Assembly: GCA_047495785.1 (NCBI GenBank)
Contig: JBLDXI010000007.1
Span: 1,488,001-1,552,000 of the forward strand
Source of the DNA: Lepidodermella squamata
Taxonomy: Eukaryota > Animalia > Gastrotricha
Direction of reading: 5' to 3'
Length of the DNA: 64,000 nucleotides
The position numbers and the translations under genes were made by a program. Shown here piece after piece: positions 57,267-64,000 of this stretch. The notes beneath the pieces were generated by a model. The model made no database searches. It saw nothing but the letters and a program-made list of their open reading frames with translations, and had not been told where the DNA came from. How positions within the stretch are numbered: position 1 is the stretch's first letter; each line of letters opens with the position of its first letter.

Positions 57267-60200
57267 ATGTTGTCGAGCCTAATTTTAGTTCTAACAGCTG
57301 TAATTTCCACCCTGCAAGGAAGTGATGCATTTGAATTGCCGCGATCTTGCGTGACAAACAACTCACTCATCCGTTGGATGACAAATTTGCCTAAACGAAT
57401 CCGAGACAAACCCTTGACTAGGGTGGCTATTCCAGGCTCGTACGCAGCCTTTTCCAGGCAACTAGACCCGTCGCTCGGTCGACGAAATGATGTCGGGAAA
57501 CTGTCCGTACGAGCTCAGTTGGCTCGGAACATCAGCGACAACTTGCTGAATTGCTGGCTCAAAAACTGGGGAATAATGCAGGAGATTAGCATTTACGACC
57601 AGTTGCACCTTGGCATCCGGTATTTTGATCTTCCAATCGCGGCTACTGACCCTTATTATGTCTATCGATATGAAACTTTCCACGACGAGATCGCCTTTTC
57701 GAAAAACGAAAGCAAAGTCTACTTGTCAAACTTTCTGTTCCAATCACAGGACATGTTTAGTGAAGTGTTCACCGTCATTAAAGACTTTCTGGCGGCAAAC
57801 CCCGGCGAAGTTGTTATTCTGGCTTTCCGCAATTTCGATAGCATGGGTGATGGACACCACGATTACGTTCTGCAAAGACTCCTTCGATTGTTTGGCTATG
57901 GCATGATTGCGGTACCCAGTGATTATCCGGATGGGATAATTTCGATGAATTTAAACAGTCTGAATGACGCAGGCCATCAGGTGATTATTCTTTACAGTAA
58001 AGCCGCGGGTCCGGCTGATTTCATTGCTTGGCAGCCTGAAAAAGAAGGTGGTATGGATCAATCCCAACTCGATATGGAATTTAAACAACCGGAGAACTAC
58101 GAGAAGACTTGGAAAGAGGTAATTTTATCTCTCTCAGTTCTCAGTTCAGGTTGAGGACAGAGATGAAACTTGTTTACTTAATATTTTATTACTAATTTTA
58201 TTACTATTTATACCTATAATCATGATTTCCTATCATGATTTCCAAACGCAGAAAAATAGCGTAATATACAGTTTGTCGGAAAAGTTGCGCAACTATTTTT
58301 CAATTTGGCAAAATTTTGTAGGAAATTAAAATAATTTTTTTAATAGATAATAATTATAGAGAATAATTTTTGAAAACGTCCGACTTTTATCTGCGATTCA
58401 ACCGAGAAATGAAAAATTTACCGGAGAAAACCCGGAAAATCCCGATGGTAACTGGTTCGGTAATTTTCGGTACTTTACCCCGTTGGAAAAAATTTCTCCG
58501 GACTTTTTTAATTTTTTTAACAACTGGCATACTCGATTACCATTGTCGTAATATTTTGAACTTTTCTAAATATTTTCCGGCCGTTAGATGTGAATTGGCC
58601 TCTCATTTTAGAGTTCCTGAACCCTTTTCTGTGTATTTTCTTTGCTTGCGTTACTTATGGGACACGCTGTACAGTGTGGTCTAAAACTAGTTAAACTGCG
58701 ACTTAAGATTCGCGAATCGTAATTGAAAATTAAATTGAATGATGGTTATCATGTGATCGGCACATGACCTCGCAGCTATACGCAGTATGTAGTTGGAGTT
58801 AATTTTCTCTATCGGCTTTTTTCACTTTGAAAAATAAATTTCAAGTGGAATTTTACTTTACACCGTAAAATTTAGTGCGTTCAATGTCACTTATTAGCGG
58901 TAAAATCGCACATGAATGAAATGAATGTATGATGAATGTATGAAAACCCATTTTAGCAATGTTTCGATGAATGCAACCTAGAAAATTACCTTTCCCGACA
59001 AGGAAAAACCTCGGAAATGCGCCCAGTTTAGACCCCGGTTCGGGTCGGATCGGATCCAAAATTATTTTTTTAAATTATAAGGACTGATTTTTTCTCTTGA
59101 AATTGCACATTTCCCCATCCGCCGGTGTTTCCTCCGGCTTGAAATTCCGGATTGAATATTGCAATTGTTTAAATGTTACTGGTGCTATGTTTTCAGTCAT
59201 AAAAACCTTGAGCTAAACTTGAGCGGAACCCATTTCAAAAAAAAACTACCTATATTCAGCGAAATTCGCAGAGATTTTTCGGCGATTAACAATTTCGGCG
59301 CAGATTTTGAGCCGATTGGCAAACGTCCCAGCCGCCAAAGGACCAACGGGAGATCTAAAAATCTCCTAAATTTCTTTCCCTCAACGGAATAGACCTCTGA
59401 AAAAGCGGATCGGATCCGGGTTTGAGGTTCGTAAGCCCGGATCAAATCGCGTCCGAAATTTTGGACCCAATGACAGCTCTGTGTTGTAATGCCTTGACTA
59501 CGAGCTTCTTAAAAAGATCACTTTAATCTGGTCGTTTCCTAGCTTCGATTTCGCATAATATTATTTTGAGGATAACCGAGGGTTTTGAAGGCTGAAAGCA
59601 AAGATGGAGATCCAATTTGAAAACACCGACGATAAATTTACTATTTGATAAGGCCTAATTTATCCCACCAACCTTACGATTTAGCATTTTTCGCAACTGG
59701 AAACCTTTTCAAGAACAAAAAATATTCAACAGCCTTAATTTCATTAAAAACTAATCATAATTTGAATGTCACAGGCACTGCAATCGCGATGGCTTGACGA
59801 GACATATATGTGGGCCCTGCAAGGAGCAGCAATACCTGATCTCGAATATTTAGAATCCGTTGAAAACCCGGGCAGTTACTTGGAATCAACAGGTGCCTGC
59901 TCTACTCGACTATTTGCGAATTGGATCAAAGCTAATGGGCAGAGATTTGGCAGGTCGACATTCAACGTATTCTTGGCGGCTTTTGTTCACTACTACAACT
60001 TTTTCGGCGAGGTCATCGCGCTTAATTACATGGACGAGCCGAAGCCAGTCACGGCGGCAGATCTGACGCCGGCTGATTGCATTCTACAGCCTAGTTTCGA
60101 TGCTTGCCATAATAAACCATCGGAAATGGCTGAATGCTCGATATACAAAGGGGAGATGTATGAACCTGATCCAAGGCTAGGAACTCTTGAACAATTGCAG

Positions 60201-60329
60201 CGAGATGAAGATCGACGCAAGGCCGATAAAGCAAATCGAAAAAGGGAATTAAGCAATAAAAGTGATAGAACTTTGCAGGACGTTTTTGAGCTGTATGGAT
60301 TAGAAACCTTGGATGCTGCTTTGATGTAA
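57267..60329 (+). CDS. Secreted PLCXD-like protein, catalytic residues substituted; exons 57267-58118 and 59775-60329
   Basis: Signal peptide; VAIPGSYAA; GIRYFDLPI; NPGEVVIL; same phase-0 intron position as the paralogs. Confidence 0.85.
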
Positions 60330-61155
60330 TTGCCATTTCAACACGCCATTTTTTTACTGAACTTATGCCTTGAGGCTTATATTTACCTAATAAAAATGGA
60401 TTATGCATAAAAATTGCTTGTACCACAGATGTTTTTGGACATGTTTCCTTGTCATATGACGCCGGTATTTCATAGGCACGGCTGATAACCTAATCTCTTT
60501 TAGCGCCCATTCTTGATATTCAACAGGTAACGCTTGGAGATTTTTAATTACCGAAAATCTCAAACAATCACTTTGCAAAATTTCAAAAAGGTTGGTAATG
60601 TTATTTCTTAACAGCAGAACCATTTTTTTAAATATTCATAGCCAATATGCACGCTGAAAAGCGCAAATTCATCCCTTGATTAAACTTCCTTGACACCGAA
60701 AAGACGAGCTGAAACTTAGCAAATGGATTCATCAGGCCTCGAAATGATAAAATAAAGAATAAAAATTGAAAATCCCGGCATTGAAAATGTCGCCGCCGCA
60801 GAGAATCGAACCCGAGACTCCCGCAAAACACGTTCAAGTACGAATTCTACAAGGAAACAATAGCGCCATTTGAAAGAGCGGGGTCAATTGCGGGGTCCTC
60901 GGCATCGGTGACAAATTTGACTGGTGTAATCTGCTCGACTCTCAAAGTTGGAAAAATACGCGTTTCGATTCATCTCGAAAAGACAAAATAATTTGCGCCG
61001 CTCCTAAATTGTTGCTCTTAGATCGCGTGCTCTCAAGTCATAGGACCTATTTTTTCATTGAATTTTTTCATCAACGCAGGGATCAACAATTTACGATAAT
61101 ATTTTTATTATATTTTCTTTCAAAAATAAATCATTCATTCTTTGATTTGCTACAC

Positions 61156-63248
61156 CTAGCAAGCCGATTTGTTCGAGTAGTTATAGCCGAGTTTATTTAG
61201 CCGCTCCACTACGGCCTGGCCATATTCTTCAGCCATTGAATTAGCCGTGACAAGCCTCTTTTTCCGAAATTGAAATTGGAAGCCCTCAATGTAAGGAATC
61301 CGGTAGTGAATCAGCCGTCCGACGTCATAAGGATCCAGCATCTCGCTCGGCCCGCCGTCTGCAATGACATGTACACAGAAATAATCGACGTTATCCGCTC
61401 GAATGATATGCTTGAATCGGCCAGCAGTGTGCGGCAAAATCGCTCGTTTCCTCATCGACAGAAGCCGAGTATACACGAGCGTAGTATTAGGCGGCGAAAA
61501 ATCACACTGCCTCCGGTGGGAAAAACCGAAAAACCAAGAGTAGAACGCCCAGCCGCCTGTTGTCGCATTTTTTCGATGCGATTCATCCAAAAACTCGATC
61601 AAAGAATCGTAGTTGCTGGGTTGAGACTTTGATGGGTAGTAGTGGAAAAATTCGTCGTCGTCATGCATGCCAATGTAATCTACACGCCCTTTCAATCGAT
61701 ACAAACAGTCGTTTTGCAATCCTGGTTGGACGAATTGATCCGGCGACTGAACGGGCGCATCGATGAAAAACGTCGCCAAGGTAACCACCTTCAACTTGTT
61801 GATGTAAACATCTGTAAAAACATTCGTTAAAATCATTAAAAATCAGAACAAATTAAAAAAATTAATTTTTCAAATTTGAAGTTGAATTTTTAAACTTTTA
61901 AAAAAATTTAAATTTAAATTTAAATTTCAAATTGTTGAATTGTTGAATTTTTTTTATATTTCAAATTTGACATTGAATTTAGGGATATAGTGAAATCATT
62001 ACCAAATTATTGAATTCAGTACCAAACATCATTGAATTCCGTACCAAATTATCCCAAACAGTTCCAAATTCCAAATCCCCAATTTGAAGACCCAGTCTTC
62101 AACTCTAACCTAACCCTAACCTAACCCTAACCTAACCCTAACCCTAACCCTAACCCTAACCACTTAAAAAACGAATAAAATGGTTAGGTATTGAATTAAA
62201 TGAAATTTGGTACCGGCGTAAGATTTTCCCTTGAATTTAAAACTTTTTTGAATTTTGAATTTTGAATTTTTTTGAAAATAAATTTGAAATTTGAAATTCA
62301 AATTTAATTTAATTTAATTGTTTAATTTAATTAGTATTCCCATTATCAGAAATACCTACCTAGAAGCTTCTCGTATCTATTCAAGTTTTTCTGATTGATA
62401 TAGATGACGAAATATTCGAAACCGATCAATCGATGATACTCAATCCATTCGGGCAGCCGGTCGAAATGATTGTGCGCCGTCATTGTGCAAGCCGCTAGTT
62501 TGTACTGCCTGTCTCTTTCCGGCAGGTCAAAATTGCAGACTCGCAAATTTCGCCCGGCTTGGTCGAACTCTGGCCGTTGCGGCGACGTTAAATTTACCAT
62601 AAAATAGGACCCATTTCCCGCCGGCTCGTTGATCTCACCGGCAATCGGGCATTTCAAGACGATTGTCCATCTTTCACTGTCGCCGGTTCCATTTCGACCC
62701 TTGATACTTTGGCAAGCGCTGTTTGGTCCGTTAGGTAAATGAACAACAAATTTAGTGTCTAGCCAATCGTTGTAGTCTTCGAAGTGATGAGGGGAATCGA
62801 ATTTCCAGTTCTTTTTCTTATTATTCTTCGAAGCGCTAACATTGCGTCTAGGATCTTCTTTCAGCTTAGGATCCACCATTAACGCGAGCAAAATAACGTA
62901 AAGGAACGTAGCTTCTTCAGGTGATGAGCTGCTGTTTGATGAGATTATTTCGCTTTTCAGGAATAAACTGCCAGGAATGGGCAGTCGGGGAGAAATCATA
63001 TACAGCTGTTTGTCGTTGATATCGTCCTCGAAAGCTTTGCGACATGCTGCAAATTCATCGTTCGATCTGAAACGAGGCGTTGTCAGCCTTTTATTAGGGG
63101 CGGCATCGATCAGCTTCGACCAGTAATTAAAGCGATTGAAATACGCGGAAAGAAAAGGTTGTTGAGAAATGATGACGAGGCATAACAGAGCGGAAATAGT
63201 AAAAAAGATTCCAGTTAATGGCTGAACCTTTTTGGGCTCGAAAGTCAT
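61156..63248 (-). CDS. Glycosyltransferase family 92 (DUF23) type II membrane protein; exons 63248-62360 and 61811-61156
   Basis: N-terminal TM; LAACTM...LPEWIEYHRLIGFEYFVIY; QNDCLYR...YIGMHDDDEF; K(H)II..., IHYR. Confidence 0.85.
62105..62162 (+). repeat. Interstitial telomere-like (TAACC/TAACCC)n tract inside an intron
   Basis: Alternating TAACC and TAACCC units. Confidence 0.85.
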
Positions 63249-63325
63249 TCTTGAATTTTCAGTATAAAAGTCTATCTTCCGAAAATCTATCTCAAATTTT
63301 TAACTTGAATTTTTGGCTATAATAC

Positions 63326-63459
63326 CAGGTGTGTAGAATCTGCAGACATTCCCGGCAGGAAACTAAATTTTCCTGCGTTAGGAGGCTTAAAAACTTCCCA
63401 AACTATCACTGAAAAACACAAATTTCCCAGCAGCAAGGCTGTCCGGATCTACACCCCTG
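63326..63459. mobile_element. hAT-type MITE
   Basis: caggtgtgtaga / tctacacccctg TIRs; 8-bp TSD tataatac/tttaatac (7/8). Confidence 0.65.
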
Positions 63460-64000
63460 TTTAATACACTGACCGAAAAGGCTCCCATTTATCTTTTCAA
63501 AAAAATGAATGAATTGGCGTTTCGAATTAAGCACGTGCCCATTTGTATTTGTCATGATTTAAGGTGCGAGATTCAGCTTATATTCTACGCATCACAGTAG
63601 ATGGCGACAATTCATAACAAAAATTCAAGCTAAAATCACCATTAATAATTTTGTCCACAATTAGGTTCAGAATTATACTTTAGTGTCCTGGCGCTAAATG
63701 TTTCTGATTCTGGCGATTTCAGCTTTTTTCGTTTGTTCATCGACACTGATGCCCTCCCTGAACCTTGGATTTTGTATTTTCGCTAAATGGTACCCTAAGC
63801 TCAGATATAAGTATATCGGAAAAATCACTGATTTGCAAAATCGATATTCGATACTGGGAATCGATATTTACGAATTGGGGGAATCTAGCACTGAAGTATC
63901 AAATTTAGGGTTGGATAAACCTTATAATTTAGGATGCGTACTTGGCACATGGTCCGATTTCTACCTCCAGGCTTATTCAGCTAGCTTTATTTTCTGTAAG

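Noticed and set aside
60787-60855. tRNA-like remnant (gaatcgaacccgagactcccgc)
   Set aside because: Only a B-box/T-arm is recognisable; no cloverleaf

Overview
Eukaryotic, very likely metazoan invertebrate, genomic DNA: spliceosomal GT-AG introns (many about 50 nt), U1 snRNA genes, eukaryotic tRNAs and Cys-loop channels. An acoel-like or other marine invertebrate source is a guess only. Contents: (1) a frameshifted CBP-like TAZ-KIX gene fused to a RING-H2; (2) two intron-poor Cys-loop ligand-gated ion channel genes; (3) a decayed Ty3/Gypsy pol and many MITEs; (4) a secreted N/G/P minisatellite protein; (5) an ADP/ATP carrier pseudogene and a SOCS-box gene; (6) about 32 tRNA genes in duplicated or inverted clusters, including three tRNA-iMet -> U1 snRNA units; (7) three secreted PI-PLC X-domain genes lacking catalytic residues, plus a fragment; (8) two galaxin-like genes, a bacterial-type methyltransferase and a GT92 glycosyltransferase. 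The most striking feature is a ~5.1-kb element (26299-31418) with 14-bp terminal inverted repeats flanked by TA and a subterminal array of the same motif. It encodes an intact zinc-finger tyrosine recombinase plus membrane-protein cargo, one of which has a GEX1/Brambleberry/Kar5-like (nuclear membrane fusion) cysteine-rich domain. All protein family calls come from motif recognition by eye, with no database search.
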